Positions 35,681 through 50,108 of a stretch of DNA of 64,000 nt are shown piece after piece. This DNA comes from Lama guanicoe (taxonomy: Eukaryota), in contig MU055657.1 in assembly GCA_013239625.1 (NCBI GenBank), positions 17,158,969 through 17,222,968 of the forward strand, given 5' to 3'. The position numbers and the translations under genes are program-made. The first letter of the stretch is position 1. The number at the start of each line of letters is the position of its first letter. The notes below the pieces were generated by a model that saw only the letters and a program-made list of their open reading frames with translations, was not told where the DNA came from and did not search any database.

Positions 35681-38121
35681 TTTCATTTTGATTTTTTTTT
35701 CCTTTTTTCAGGTTACTTCACCACTAACAGGAACAATAATTCCAGAGGAAAAGATAGCTTGAATGAGACTGCATGATTGCTTTTCCAACTAAAATGAGTA
35801 GAAAATGAAAACACTTTAAATGAAGTGTCTCAAATAAACATTTAATTTAGGATAAGACAGCAACCGCATATATACCACCATATCAAATATTGAAAGAGCA
35901 CTTATTGAAGAGTTGAAAGACTCATTTGCAAGAAAATAAATGTAGCTCTAAAAGTGAGCTGCTGAGAGTAAATATGTAAAAACACATTTAAATGGCATGC
36001 AATTAACATGAATTTATACTAAAAAAAATGAAAAACATGATGAAATTTTGGAGAATTACATATTTGAACAGGAAACTTTCATTTTTCATCAAACATGAAC
36101 CTAACTGTGCACTCGATGCTCTTTAATGAGCTGTGGATTTCAAACAAACTAGACGGTTTTCCCTTCATACATTAGGCAATGTAGATGCATTCTTTTCTCA
36201 GTCCCTTCTATGTCTTTAAATATTCCTTTCTTATCTCCTTCTGTGTTTAAATACCAGACTTCGCAGCCCTCATGACTTTATCCTTCTTTATTCTCTCCTT
36301 CCTTCTTAATGATTTTGACTTTTTATTCTTTCTTCCCCTTAAGTTCTCATGTTTTCTGGCATTAATATTTGTTCTGTTCCTTGTCCATTGTTTTATAACA
36401 ATCTCACTTCACTTCAACCCCATATTTATTTCTAGCCACATAGTTTATTTTGGTATAATACCTGGGCATCACAGATATTTGTGTAGCTACTAAAAACTGT
36501 GACCCTAACATGGAGATAGAAAATTTTGTATTTTAATACATACAGAGATGGTATTGTTATTAGAGTGTTTTATAAATCATAAAGCATTCAATAAAATTAT
36601 AATGGTTATTTTTATTAGATGTATTGTTGGAAATGATATCACACATGACTAGAATAATCATTTAATAGTTATACTAGGTAATGAACTATATTTATGTAAT
36701 TATATATAGTATATAACTGTAACTATATGTAAAATAATTGTGATCATGTATGTATAGGTCAATCAGATTAAAATATATTACAGTTTCCAATAAATTAAAT
36801 AGCAAATGCACTGGTAAATGATATGGATGTCAAAATGTTAAGCAATTACTTTTCCTCCTAATATTGCTATGTTTATCAAATGGGGGGAAGTGATTCTCAA
36901 TTGGTATGTTTATGGAATGAAAATGGAAGCTGTTTGGATTGCTCCTAGAGCCAAGACAGTAACAAAATAGAAATTTCAAATGATTTGCATCCACCGCCAA
37001 ATGTTTTCTTGGCCAATATCAGTTATATTATTTTCTGCTAGTTCAGCATTCAGAAGATCAATTAAAGTTAAAGAAATGAAATTAAAGATGATAAAGTGGC
37101 TTTAGTTTTTGATCCAATGTTAAAAAGAGAAATCTTCAGTTCCTTTTTGCCTAGTTTAGTCCTCAGGCAAGATACAATCTATTTTATTCTTGCATCTTTC
37201 TATAAAATTTTGAATATTTTGCATCTATATGATTACAGTTTTTAAATCTTTTAAATTTTCTTTAGAGTCATGATCTATTTTTCCCAACAGTTTTCAATGC
37301 AATGCAAATTGCCCATTAAAATGTTTTCATTCCTGATGATAAAATATAAATTAAACTCTGATTATGAAGCCTAGATCAAAAGCCTATTCTGTCACTTAAC
37401 TCACTGATTTAGTCTTCATTCTTCCTAAACTTTAATCATCTCTATATCAAGCAACAAAAATATAAACAAATCTGATGGACTGAAGGGCATATTAATGGTA
37501 ATCAGATTATCAAAGTATCATACTTTAAATTCCAACTCATTTCGAACCATTATGTGACCATTCTACTCTAATTACTTATTTTTTGTCCAGCTAAATTTTC
37601 TTATTGAATTAAAGCAAATTTCATTTTATCTAAATTCATTAAAAATTTCCTGGCTTATTTAAAAGTCCTGTTAGCAGACAGGACATCCTTTTCCTCATTA
37701 CAAATGTTTAGGATCTGTGTTGGGGTTCCTTTTATGTTTCTTTGTATTTCACTTGGACCTGTTTCAACAACATGCTTAAATATATAACCACATCAATTAA
37801 ATTGGATAGATTTCCTCTGAAAGGCATGTTAACACATTGGAGACCTGCTCCCTGACTACCTTAGTAACAAACCAATGCAATTTTAAATAATATTTAGTTA
37901 CATTTAAGAGGAAAATTCAGACTATATTAGGACAATCATGCCATCACCTTCTAAAAGCTGAAGTAAATGTAAGTCAGAAATACTCATAGCCATTTGACCT
38001 GATAATGTCAGAGTCTGGAGACATAAAGAATCAAAGACATTCTTCAGTAGACCAGTCCACAATCTAGCCAGATCTTTTGTCTATATCTAATAGTACCAAT
38101 AATCATATTGTGGAAAAAGAT

Positions 38122-38462
38122 TGCTGTGGTCTGAATGTTTGTGATGCCCCAAAATTTATATGTTGAAATTCTAGCCTCCAGAAAGCAGGGTTTTTGGGAG
38201 GTGCCTAAGTCATGAGGGTGGAGTCGTTATGAATAGGATTAGTGTTCTTATAAAGGAGACCCTACAGAGATCCCTCACCCCCTCCACCCTGTGAGGAACA
38301 GCAAGAGGTACTGGCTGTGAACCAGGAAGAAATTTCTCACTAGAATGAGACCATGCTGGCACCTTCATCTTGGGCTTCCAACCTCCAGAACTGTGAGAAA
38401 GAAATGTGTTTATAAGCTACTCAATCTTGTATGTTGTTACAGCAGATGAATGGACTGAGACA
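38122..38462 (+). mobile_element. MaLR solo LTR (MLT1A0-like)
   Basis: 'tgctgtggtctgaatgtttgtg..ccccaaaatttatatgttgaaat'...'gaatggactgagaca'; 5-bp flanks AAGAT/ATGAT. Confidence 0.9.
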
Positions 38463-40179
38463 ATGATCAAGTCACACTTTTCATTTTGAGAATGCTGGCT
38501 TTGAAATAGAAAATTTGGAAAATGCTCACTTCTGAAAGAGTACATCCACACTCCATGGCTTCACCTTTCCATGCTCTTTCTGCACTTTTTAATGCTGATA
38601 CTCATAAAAGGTAAACTAGCTGACAACATCATTGATATAAATTTTAAAAAACATAGTACTTTATAATATAGAAAGGCAGGTATGTTTCTGACCTTGAGCC
38701 TTATTTTCCAACCGCTCTCCTCTATGCCCGGGGCTCTGGCCAGTTGGAAGACATGCCCCTGATGTACACGTTCTCCTCCCTCCACTCTTGTGGTCCGTCT
38801 CTACATGCCTTTTGATGTTTTCTGTGGTGTTGGTTCTCTCAACAGCACTTGCATTTCTTATATGACACTGACAGGGGATCTGATCTAAATCAAGCCTCTC
38901 TACTTGTAGGCAGGTAAGAAAACAGCTTGGGCAAAATCTTGGAACGTAATAATCTATATGTTGAAGCAGGAGATTTTGAGAGTCACATGCTAGGTTCTAT
39001 CCTCTGTGCTGTCTTGTTAAAAGAGCTAATACTTCCATCATGGATCACATTTTCAGAAATAAACAGCTGGGACCCAAGGCGTCTGCATGGCAGGACAAAG
39101 CTTTTATCTCTCTCACAGCAAAGAGTTTCCAGACCCCTGCCAGTCTGGCATAGCTCTCCAGACTAGAGGAAAGCCTTTCCTTAAGCATTTATTCACAGAA
39201 ATAGTGCTTTGATATGTTATTATATATTTAACTTTTTATCCAAAAACCCCCACAAAATTCCCCCTACATTTTTACATCTGGAAAAAGGATATTAAAGTGA
39301 TTTTTTTTTCTAGGGGGCAAGCATTATACTGTAGTCAGCATAGATTAAAATTACAAACAAGATATAAAACCCCACATACTGGCAAGTGTTGAACCAGTGG
39401 CATTAGCTGTGTATGAAAACCAAATACCAGAACCAGAAACTGAACTTCAAGAACCCCCTAAAAGCAAAATCTGTACTTCTCAGTGACCTCATGACTCATA
39501 GGCCCTTCATGTCCAAACTGGAACATATACAGACATTCCTTTGAATGTGAAGGCATTTCTCACCTAAGTAGACCTCAAAATCTAAGAGCAGAATTGGACT
39601 AGAAACCACTAGCATTATAAACAGAGACTAAACTCTAGTCAGTAGAGACTCACACAGCTACTGGAGTGACATCCTCAAACCAGAAAGTGGCCAAAGGTAA
39701 GAATCCTATCCAGGACTAAGATTCCCCATTTATGCCTTCAGAGGAACTCTTGAGCCCAAATGCTCCACTGGCCTTGATGTATCTCATTTTAAGACACTTT
39801 GCCAACAGAATACATCACACCGCTATCTACAGATGACTGGATGTATTTCAAAACTTAAAGCTGTTATCACACCTTAGGAAGAATCCTGCTGAATATGTAA
39901 ACTACCTACTTGATAAATAGTGATTTTTACCTACTTTAAAGTTAGAGAGCACCAATGAATTCTAACACACAAGATATGGTGAGCTAGCCTATGTTGAATT
40001 TACTCAGAGGTTAGTTTCATGGAAACATTTTTACTTTCCAGAGTATTTGGTTTGATAATTAGGTCTGTGATCTGCCAAAAGTTTTATTGCTTTTTGCAGC
40101 AGGAGATAGTGATGATAATATAATAGATTTAAATCAACTATGTACTTTTGTGCTAAATCACCGCTTACAAACCATCCAT

Positions 40180-40930
40180 AATTCTTTTTGAATACTACCT
40201 TCAAAATACAGTCAGACTCCCGATGTTTACTACCACTTGCCAGAAACAGTTGCCCCTTGCCTGTGTTACTCAAATAGCCACCTAGCTGGTATCTGGTTCC
40301 ACTTCTGCCATCCTTCCTCTTCAATTCTCAACACAGCAACAATATTAATTATTTTAAATCTTAAACCAGTTTTTAATACTCTTCAGTTCAAATGAACTAA
40401 TGATTTCCATTTTCACTTACAGTTTAAGACAGAGTTTACAACTAATTAATTGCCTATGCAATTCTATGCAATCTGGCTTTGGACTTCATTTTTACTTCTT
40501 TAATTCTTGTTTTTCTTATTTGTCTTCTTACTGTTTTAATTAGTCTCTCTTTAGGCACTTTGCCTTCACTGTTCCCTTGCCTAGAATCTTCCCTCAGATA
40601 GTTGTATGACTAATTGATCAACTTCCTTCAAATTTTGCCCAAATGTTACTTTTTCTATGAGACATATTAATCCTCTTCTCTTTTTCATCCATTCTCTGTT
40701 AACTTTCTCTATTTTTTTTTTTCTGTAGAAGATTTCACCTTCTAACACACTGTATAGTTAGATTTTGATTTTGGTGGATAATTAATTTTCTATATTCACC
40801 TACTATCATGTAAGCTACAACAAAGCAGGAAATGTCACTTCTCTGATGAATTTTAAGCACTTAAAACAGTGTCTCATACATAGTAGGCTTTCAAATAATT
40901 ATTTGCTAAAATAATGAAGGAATTAATGAC
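40180..40930 (+). mobile_element. L2 3' end
   Basis: 'ttctcaacacagca', 'ctgttcccttgcctagaa' and the end 'aacagtgtctcatacatagtaggctttcaaataattatttgc..aatgaaggaattaatga'. Confidence 0.75.
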
Positions 40931-40965
40931 AGATTCTGCATTATTTATAGACACAAGAATAGACT

Positions 40966-41045
40966 TGTATGCATGACTGGGACATTATGATGTACACCAG
41001 AAATTAACACATTTTAAATGCCTATACTTCAATTAAAAAAAAAAA
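40966..41045 (+). mobile_element. Very short young L1-type 3' tail with poly(A), camelid-like
   Basis: 'tgtatgcatgactgggacattatgatgtacaccagaaattaacacatt..ctatacttcaattaaaaaaaaaa'. Lineage assignment is from memory. Confidence 0.65.
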
Positions 41046-41138
41046 CAGATACCATAAGAAACTTTTTGATTTACAACTTTAATAACTGAGAAATTTATCT
41101 CCGTTGTGTGTGTCTTTGTATGTGTGTGAGACACACAT

Positions 41139-41516
41139 TGCTAGGTCTGAATTGTGGTCCCTCACCTCCTATTCACATGCTGAAGTCCTAACCCCCAGTG
41201 TGATTATATTTGGAGATAGGGCTCTTAGGAGCCTATTTAACTAAAATCAGATGAGGTCACAAGAGTGATTCCTAATCTGATAGGACTGGTGACCTTACAA
41301 GAAAAGGAAGAGAAAAAAGACCTCTCTTCACCATGTAAGGTCACAGTGAGAAAGCAGCCACCTGCAAGCCACGGAGAGAGCTCTCACTGGAAACCAAACT
41401 CTGCCAGACCTTGATCTTGAATTTTCCAGCCTTCAGAACTGTCAGAAAATAGTTTTCGGTTGTTTAAACCATGCAATCCATAGTATTTTGTTATGGCAGC
41501 TTGAGTAGTTCATACA
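41139..41516 (+). mobile_element. MaLR solo LTR (MLT1A-like)
   Basis: 'tgaagtcctaacccccagtgtgattatatttggagatagggc' and 'ccttgatcttgaatttccagccttcagaactg..tttgttatggcagc'. Confidence 0.88.
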
Positions 41517-42619
41517 TATACGCATATTGTGAATTTGTGTGCATATGTGTCTGTGTTTGTGTGTGTTTGCAAATTTTAAGATATTGTCATCACCTGATCT
41601 TAATTCGGTAGTATTTTTGGCCGAGTATTTAAATGTTTCCCAAGAGTGTTGTTTAGGGACTTCTATTTGAGGTAGTGTAATGCATCAATTTTAATCTATC
41701 ATAAGTTAATATTCTATCATCATTTCAATCAGGTTATTTTGAGTCTGAAAAAATCCATTACACTACCCAATAGAAACTCGTAAACTCCCAAAGAAATACA
41801 AATGAAAATAACACATTAGGGAGGACAGAATGGTTACCTTGAGGAAAGAGGAGATGGAGAATATGACACTAAAAGGGAACAGCTATGTAAAATAAGAAAG
41901 GCAGCTGTATATACCAATAATAATAATATGCCATGAAAACTTGCTTCGATTATGTCAGTCCTCTTCACCTGCGGTTAAGCAACATGTTTACATTCAGGAT
42001 GTTATTACATTTGAAGGGCTTGAATCATTTTAAAAAAATTTTAGAACCTTTTATCAGTGTGAAAACAAGCAGTCATCCTGAGAAATACGGTGAGAACGGC
42101 TTAATTTATTACCCGCATTTCTTCAGTTAAGGTACCAATACCATGTATTTGTGCGTCTTTACCTACTGAGAGTGATCACCATCCTTATGTTGCTTGACTC
42201 TTCTCTGGACCCACTCACAACTGCTACTTTAATTCTGGTTAGTAACCGTGGAACCAAATACAGAAGGAGAAAAAAATAAAAGGAAAGCCTGTATTATTGC
42301 TATTTTTCCTCACATGTTCTCTCCTCCCCTTCCCCTCCTAATCTGGCCTCTCATCCAAAATATTGGAAACATGTGCAAAAGTGAAAAGAAGTGAAAGTCC
42401 TTCTTTTTCCCTCTTGTCTTTTTGCCTTACACTTATCCTGTTCTCTGCTTCAATCCTATGAAGCTCTCCTAAGAACCAATTTTTCAAGAGTTGATGAGGG
42501 CAAAATGTAGTAACAGTGTGAAGTGTAAGAAGAGGAACACATTGTAGAGCAGAGTAGGTGTCTGATCACTTCCAATCCTGCCTACCAGTCAGCTCAAATC
42601 ATGTCTTCTCCTTGGCCCC

Positions 42620-42950
42620 TACATTAGTTAGGACAATAAACCAAGGGTTTGTAATAAATGACTCAAAAATCTCAGTGGCTTAATTCAATAAAAATTCATT
42701 TCTCACTCACACAAAGTTCATATCAAATGTTTTTGGTTGGGGAGCTCATAGTTCTACTCCAAGGACTGATTCGGGAATCCAGACACCTTCCAACTAGTGA
42801 TACCAGCATTTTTGACTCAAAGGAAAGTGAAAGAATGTAAAGGAGGTATATGCTAACCCACATCATTTAACTTTATATTCTATTGTCCAGAACTAGTCTC
42901 CTGTAGATGTAAAGACACAATATCTGCCCATCAACAACTCCTTTCATATG
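42620..42950 (-). mobile_element. Old MaLR LTR (MLT1J/K-like)
   Basis: 'aaaatctcagtggcttaa..aaaaattcatttctcactcacac' and 'attctattgtccagaactagtc'. Confidence 0.6.
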
Positions 42951-44729
42951 CAGATTCACAAGCCTTAAGTGTCCCACTAGTCATCTATCTCTGCTACACA
43001 TCCCACCAGTGATTAGGGTTTCTCTTTATTTCAAGAGCTCATTTGTCCACCATCAACACAGAATTTATACTTAAGCTAATAGCTCCATGTAAAACAGTCC
43101 GTGTTCTTGAATGTTTGAATTGCATTGAAGAGATATATGGGTAGAGTTTCATGTTAGGCTCTGAACACACTTCTTCAAAGAATTATTGGTTAGTAAAATG
43201 ATTTGGTTTTATGCTTTTATGAGGACAATAAAATACATCAGGGTCATTATGGACCAAATCGGATGTCATGGAATGGAACTAGAAGTAAATCACCTCGTGT
43301 AACAATAATTATGGAAAATGTTTCCAATGAAAATTTATATTTAATGTTAAATAAAGTATATAAATTGATGCCTGCACATAATAATATTTTGTAGGAGGAT
43401 CTAAGTGGAATTATGTAGGGACATGATGATTTTTATTACAGAAGCAAAGTGACGGCTGTGAGAACAGAGCTGCTGCATCTACACATGTTTTTTCATAGGG
43501 TAATTTTTAAAGATTTTTTTGTTTATTATTAATTTACTTTTGGAAGAATAGCATTATATATATATATTTCTCTACAGGAAAAATCTACAGTATTTTATCA
43601 TGATGATCTCAGGTGATAGTGCAGTGTTTGGCACATCTTCAGAGTCCAGATACTTGCTAATTTGAGTTCCACTGTTGGAAAGAGGATTTTATTTCTTCCT
43701 ACTATGTGGAAAACAGTTAAGATGGAAAAAGCCCACTGACTTTCATAGACATAATAGAGAAAGGTATTCTGTATCCATTTCTCTGATGAGGCATATAAAC
43801 TTAAAAAAAAGAAACTAACTCTGTAGCCAGTAAAATGATCACAGAGATTATTTTGAAGAGATTCTCCGAAGAAGCAAAGAAAAATTTGGTGGAGTCATTT
43901 TATTACAGAAAAGTACTAAATAAATATTTTTTGTTGTGGTAATGTAGAAAAGGTACTGTATTCATGTGATAAATAATAATTGAGAATTTATTAGTGGAAA
44001 AACCTATGAGCTATACTGCTTTTCATTTTTAAGAATATATTGTGACTGATATTTTGTTTATTCTTCTAAATTTATATAACTAATGAACTGGTAATTGTAT
44101 ATTTTTGTTCCTTTTTTAAAAGGATTTTGATTTCATGATAATCTCTACTTTTTAAAAAAATTCTCTAAATTTATTATTAAACTAGACTTTCTTCTATTAT
44201 ATAGCTCATTATTTAGAGCCTGTTATTTTTTGCCAAGCACTGTAGACTGAAAGGAAAACGTACATGATTCCTGGCATTAAAAATATAGAGACCCATGACA
44301 GAGAGAAAAGAAAAAAATACAATTTGATAAGGACTTGAATATACATACAATAGTGGAATATATAAGTTATTTTCAACATGGGGAAGACAGAAGTGATACT
44401 TGAAAGTGAGAGAGGAAGATATTCTAAATGGAAAGCAACACCTGCAATGATACTATGTCATAATTTATTTAAGTATATTACATAGTACTTTTTTTGTTGT
44501 TGGTTTGTTATTTGTCATCCTTAACCTATTGAATTAATTGGGGTCATCAAAAGGACTTATTCACTTATGAAATCCTAGTACATCACAGTGTCTCACTCTG
44601 ACCCATATTAGTTGATCAGTAAAGGATTATGGGACTGTTGAACTGGCAACATTTATGTTGATGTACCCAACGATCTTCTAATGAATGCTCTCATGACTAT
44701 TGTGCATCATGGTGATAACAAATCTTATA

Positions 44730-44975
44730 GTCATATTTTATTTCTGATTTTATAGTTTTTGAAGCTTTCACTATGAGCCTAGTCGAATGCTTTTTATACA
44801 TAATTTTATTTAAACTTATAACTTGTGCTATAGGTAGGTCCTATTGCTATCTAACAAGAATAGATAAAACACTGAACCTTAAAGAAATTAAATGATCTAC
44901 TCAAGGTCACACCCAGTAAATGTGGGCTTAAAAACAGGACAGACACCAGATGCTGATCTCTGAACTACAATATTT
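44730..44975 (-). mobile_element. MIR SINE
   Basis: 'taggtaggtcctattgctatc..aaacactgaaccttaaagaaattaaatgatctactcaaggtcacacccagtaaatg'. Confidence 0.65.
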
Positions 44976-46448
44976 CATACCTTCTACGTTTTTGCAATTT
45001 CTAACATTATTTTTCATCATGGTAGTGTTTTTGTTAAGCTATAATTGTGCCAAACTTAATTATTCAATTTGATCTGATAATTACTTCTATGCCAGTAAGT
45101 ATAGCACAATTTATGACTCAAACTTATTATATGGCCTTATTATTTGGTCAGTTCTTATACAAAGTAAAATAAATATTATTATATCTTGTTAGTTATTTTT
45201 ACATTTTTATCCTATATATTATGCCCCAGAAATGTGTGTATCTGTTCATATTATGCCAATGTCATGATTAAGGAAACTGTAGAAAATGAGTTTTGACCAG
45301 TCCAATGGCAAATTAAGAAAATAACATAAAGTAGCTTCAGAAAAAAATAAAATAAAAGGTATCATTTACTGTGATATTTATTTTATAATGGAACTCACGA
45401 GTAAGAATACAGAAAGAAATCTGAAAGCAATTAGGACTAAGAATTACAGAGCTACCAAGAGTGTGCAGATATAGATATGGATATAGGTTTAGATGAATGC
45501 ATATATACAACAATGTGGTGTATATATACATACCTATATCCATACCTATATACATAGTTTTCACTAAATTTTTTGTTAAAATTTACCTAAAGTCTTCTCT
45601 CCAATGGACTAGTTTTTTTCTTCTTTTCCATTCCTATTTGGGAAAATATCGTCACCTTCTGTAATGCATGTATATTAGAGTTTCTAACATTTAGTGAGCT
45701 TAACTTGCTTTCTGATAATCTCATTTCAAATATGATAGTCTTATAGCTAGATCAGATGTACCTCCCAAGGACAGTCATTCAGTCATCAGAGAATAAAAGT
45801 CATGCAATACAAATACTGATGTTGAGGAAACATCTCTCTATGTGGATGGGGCAGGTCCCCCCCAAAAAGAACCTAGTCATTAAATAAGTTTTCATGATAT
45901 TACATTTCTTGACTGCTTAGTGCATACATCTTTTTTGCCCACATATGAAATCCCAATGATAAAATAAAATATTTTATCAAAGTAAAATTATCTTCAGTAA
46001 AATGTTAATATCTCTTCTATTTTTATGAGACAGCTCAAAATCTAACCAATCTATTGTGTTCACAAGCTATGATATGTAGCTACTCTTCTCTAAATCCATT
46101 ACACTAAGGTGACTTCCATATTTTCATTAGAGTACTCTTTTTATACAGTATTATGTTTTTATTCTACAGAATATGGACAATATAATCATTAAAAATACTA
46201 AAATACAGCTTCCATTTGAAATTGAGAATATACAGAGAAACAAATTTCACATTACAGATGGTCTAAAACATGTAATATTTCCTGTTTTAGATGGAAAATA
46301 ATGTACATACTAACATCAAATATCAAGGCCATCTATTTGACTCCCTTGGACTTCCATTCTGGCTGCCATAAATTTCCCACTAGGATGATCTCCTTGGTCC
46401 AGGGGTTTTTAAGACTACCTATGAGAAAGTAATTGGGGATATATTCTC

Positions 46449-46450
<2 letters not shown>

Positions 46451-46482
<32 letters not shown>

Positions 46483-46490
46483 GGGTGTGT
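46451..46490. repeat. (TG)n microsatellite
   Basis: About 15 uninterrupted TG units. Confidence 0.95.
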
Positions 46491-49439
46491 AGAATGTGGC
46501 GTGGTTACTGCTTTATCTTGCTTTGAATAAGCTGTTAGAATGCTTTGAGTTTTGTTGATTTTGATGGTGATTTGTTTTCATTACTTTTTTTGTTTGTTTA
46601 GTTGTTTTCTTCATTCTGGGATAACTAAAAATATGTTTAATCAGAAGGAAATTTTATTTAGAGATAGGCGGCAATTTGCTAAAATTCAATAAAATTTTAG
46701 TTACATATAAATACTAACTACTGTTAATCCACTCAATTTCTAAGTTGCTGGAAAACAAAATCTAATTAGCCTAACCTAGGTCAGACGCCCAACATTTCTT
46801 TTCCATCAGCTATTGTCAGGAAGGCAGGTTAGGTGTCCGTCTTGTGGTTGCTGTGAAGCTACCTTGTGAACAAGATGGATATTTTCCACTGAAGAACGGA
46901 TGGACAGAAATTTCAGTATATTATATACTCCAAATCCCAATACTATATCCACAAAACCAGTATAACTATTAAGTGTGCAAGTGAAAAATGTAACTTTGTG
47001 CATTTCCAAGGAAGAATTTGGCAAGAAAACTACAACTCCATATTTAATTTTACCATTTTCCAATTTTTCTTGCAAATAAAAAGAATTATTGGGAAATTAT
47101 TGAGCACTTTGAAATGTTACTGATAGTCTAAAAAGGATTTTCAATATTCATTTTGGAATCAAAGTGCAAATGGAGGGACCAAATTGATGGAGATGCTGAC
47201 AATATGACTGAATTAGAAAGAATCACATCTGTTTAGGGATATCATAGAAGAAAAAATGTGGTAGAAGATTTTGAGAAAACAATCCAAAATATCAATGTGA
47301 TGTATTCTGTGTCCTTAGGACTTTCAAAGTTCAATCCTTGAAGTAAGCAAAACTATTTATCTTCTTTCTTACTCTTTTATCTGTCATCTCTCTATATTTT
47401 TTCCTCTTGTCAAAAAGAAGTACTTTTCTTTATTGATGATATAAAGTTTACACTACCTGAACCCAAAGTGTCCATTGTTGCAAGCTTTATATCTGACAGC
47501 TATATTTTAGCCAATGAAAGAACAATAAAATAATGGCTTCGCTCCCCTTTTCTTCCTATTTTGAAGGCAATGCACACTACAGATTGAGCAATGACCCAGC
47601 ACACTTGCTATCAGTCTGTGCAGTTACTTTGTGCCATCTTTCACTACCCTTTGGTCATCCTCACATTTATATATCAGGAAAATAATATTAATTACATGTA
47701 ATCTCCAACTTAATAAATTATGATGAAATGATATAATGGAATTGTATAGGTCTAGAAAAAAGTGAGATTTCTAGAGTACTAAAAAGAAAAAAATAATCCA
47801 GGGTATACTGTCCAACAGGAAAAAAAGGATGTTGTAATTTTTATTCACATACATTTATAGTAATTTTGCATATTAATATATGTAAAAGTACATATCATAT
47901 TTACACAGTATATCTCTAGATGATAAGACATGATACTTTTATAAATCTGTATTATATATCATTATCTCTCTGTATTTATATGTAAATGAAGGCTTATATT
48001 GTTATAGATATTTTACTATAAGGGGGTTTTGGTAAATAACTATAGTAATATACTACTTTTTGAATCCATAAAATAAATTTTGAAAACCCAATTGGTTATA
48101 GTTTTTGTAATAGTTGTGCAATCTTTTCTTCAATATATGTTGATAAAAGTACAGAGCACTATTCCTATATATGGGCAAGGAAAAACACAAATAAATAAAA
48201 AGTAGATTTTTTTACAGATCTAAAATTTGTATTGTATTTTTATGCTTAAGGTTTATTATTATAGAGTCATATATAACACAGTTTGAATGAAATTCTTAAA
48301 AATATAGCTATATAATTAATTTACCACCATATGCTGAATTGCAATATAAAATGTTTCAAAAGATATTATGAATAAAATACAGCTTTAAGAGTATAAAATA
48401 ATCATGAAAATCATCTTTATGTGAATTGAGCTCCATTAATATTTCGATTCATCTTTCCAGAATAATAAACACTTTAGGCTGTCAATTTAGCTATTTCTCA
48501 TTTTCCTTAGTGAGAACCCTAGAATTTCACCTATTACCTTGTTACTTGGGAATACAGACTATGTCACTTGGAATAACACTGGTGATTTATCTAGTCTGGC
48601 ATTCTCTGCTCTAAAAATAAATTTTGAAGATCATTCTTCCCTCTGTGCTTATGAAGACAACATGGTCTAGAATTTACAAAAAAGGGTAGAGATTTATTCT
48701 TAGGCAAGAGTATGCCAATTGTATGTGACATTTATCCTCTCAAGCCAGATGGCAGTGGGATGGAATTTGGGTCTTTCTTTTTCCTTTATATATTATTCAC
48801 AAGCTAATTTAATGGTCAAATGATAAAACCAACAGCAAACCTGAGCTATTCCATTGCATAATCAGCCAGCTCTTTCACCAAAAGGAAGAAAAGTTCTAGT
48901 CAATATTATTAGCACATTATATTTTGTTTAAAAGTTTTAATAGCATTAATAACCAGAACTTAAAATAAATATATAATGTTCACTAGCAAATATTCCATGG
49001 CCTGTTACATAAAATTAATATTGTTTCACCAAGAAGGTCCGAATCTGCTGACTAGCTCCCTTCTTTTCTGCCCTTATCCTGAAGGAAAAATAGCTTTGGA
49101 CTTATGGATATTTAGAAGTGTTTCAGCAGTGATGCAACTAACTGAAGACGCAGTTCTAACTTGGTAGTAATATCACTGAGAATTGAGAAACACAGATACA
49201 ATAAAGGGTAGCATCCTTAAAACTTAATTTGGCCCAGAATGTATTAAAATCAGTGTGAGATTAGCTGACTGTCAGCACAACTTTCCTGAGAAATGTATAT
49301 TTTTGCTATTATTATTTAGAAAACACAAATGATTGGTTACTGTGAAATATCTACTCAGAAAAAATCCCCTCCAAATTCATTTTATAATGCACATATAACA
49401 CTTTAGCATAAAAACAAATACCTACATAGTTGTTAATAA

Positions 49440-49625
49440 TGCCAAGCATATGTTAACTTTTTCAGATTTCAGTAAATCTATGAAATAACTGCTGGAATTA
49501 TCTTCTCACTTTAAAGGAAAGAAGTGTTTAAAAAAACTCCTTCAGGGACACATATCCAGTTAGCTAAAGAGCCAGGATTGAACTCAAATATTCTGAGTCC
49601 AAAGCCTGTATTCTCACCAGTGTAG
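49440..49625 (-). mobile_element. MIR fragment
   Basis: 'agagccaggattgaactcaaatattctgagtccaaagcctgtattct'. Confidence 0.6.
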
Positions 49626-49978
49626 TCATCTAGCTTTCCAATGAACAAAGAGTATTACTTTAAGGAAAATACATTTTCAGAGTAGAGTTCATTATCATGA
49701 ATTCATTGGGCTTTTGAGGGGAAATGGAAGACACCTGAGAGCTAAATGCACCCTTGGATGCTAGTGAAAAAGCATTAACTTGTTTAGACTAGATCAAGTT
49801 CTAACAGTGCTAACCAGCAACATTGGGTCTAATGTGATATCTGGAAAGAGACAGCCACTTCAAAACAATAAGTACATTCTAGGAAATTAGAAAGATCCAT
49901 TGAGGAAAGAGAAATAAGAGATAAATGAAGGTGAATATGATCTAATTAGCTGTACTAGGAGAGTTTCGCAGACAAATT

Positions 49979-50108
49979 AGAGAATCTTCTACCTGTGATT
50001 CTCTGCCTATAGATAACTTACAACTGGATACTTGGAAGAGGTCAGAGAATCTTCTACCTGTGATTCTCTGCCTATAGATAACTTAGAACTGGATACTTGG
50101 AAGAGGTC
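49979..50108. repeat. 65-bp tandem duplication (1 mismatch)
   Basis: 49979-50043 and 50044-50108 are identical except ttaCaac/ttaGaac. Confidence 0.97.

Noticed and set aside
39400..39960. Moderately GC-rich stretch that might be a processed pseudogene
   Set aside because: Trial translations gave stops and no recognisable protein, and there is no poly(A) or TSD. Left unassigned.
46790..46910. Micro-exon-like splice signals on both strands
   Set aside because: The donors are weak (gttagg, gtagct) and the implied exons only 18-26 nt, indistinguishable from background.
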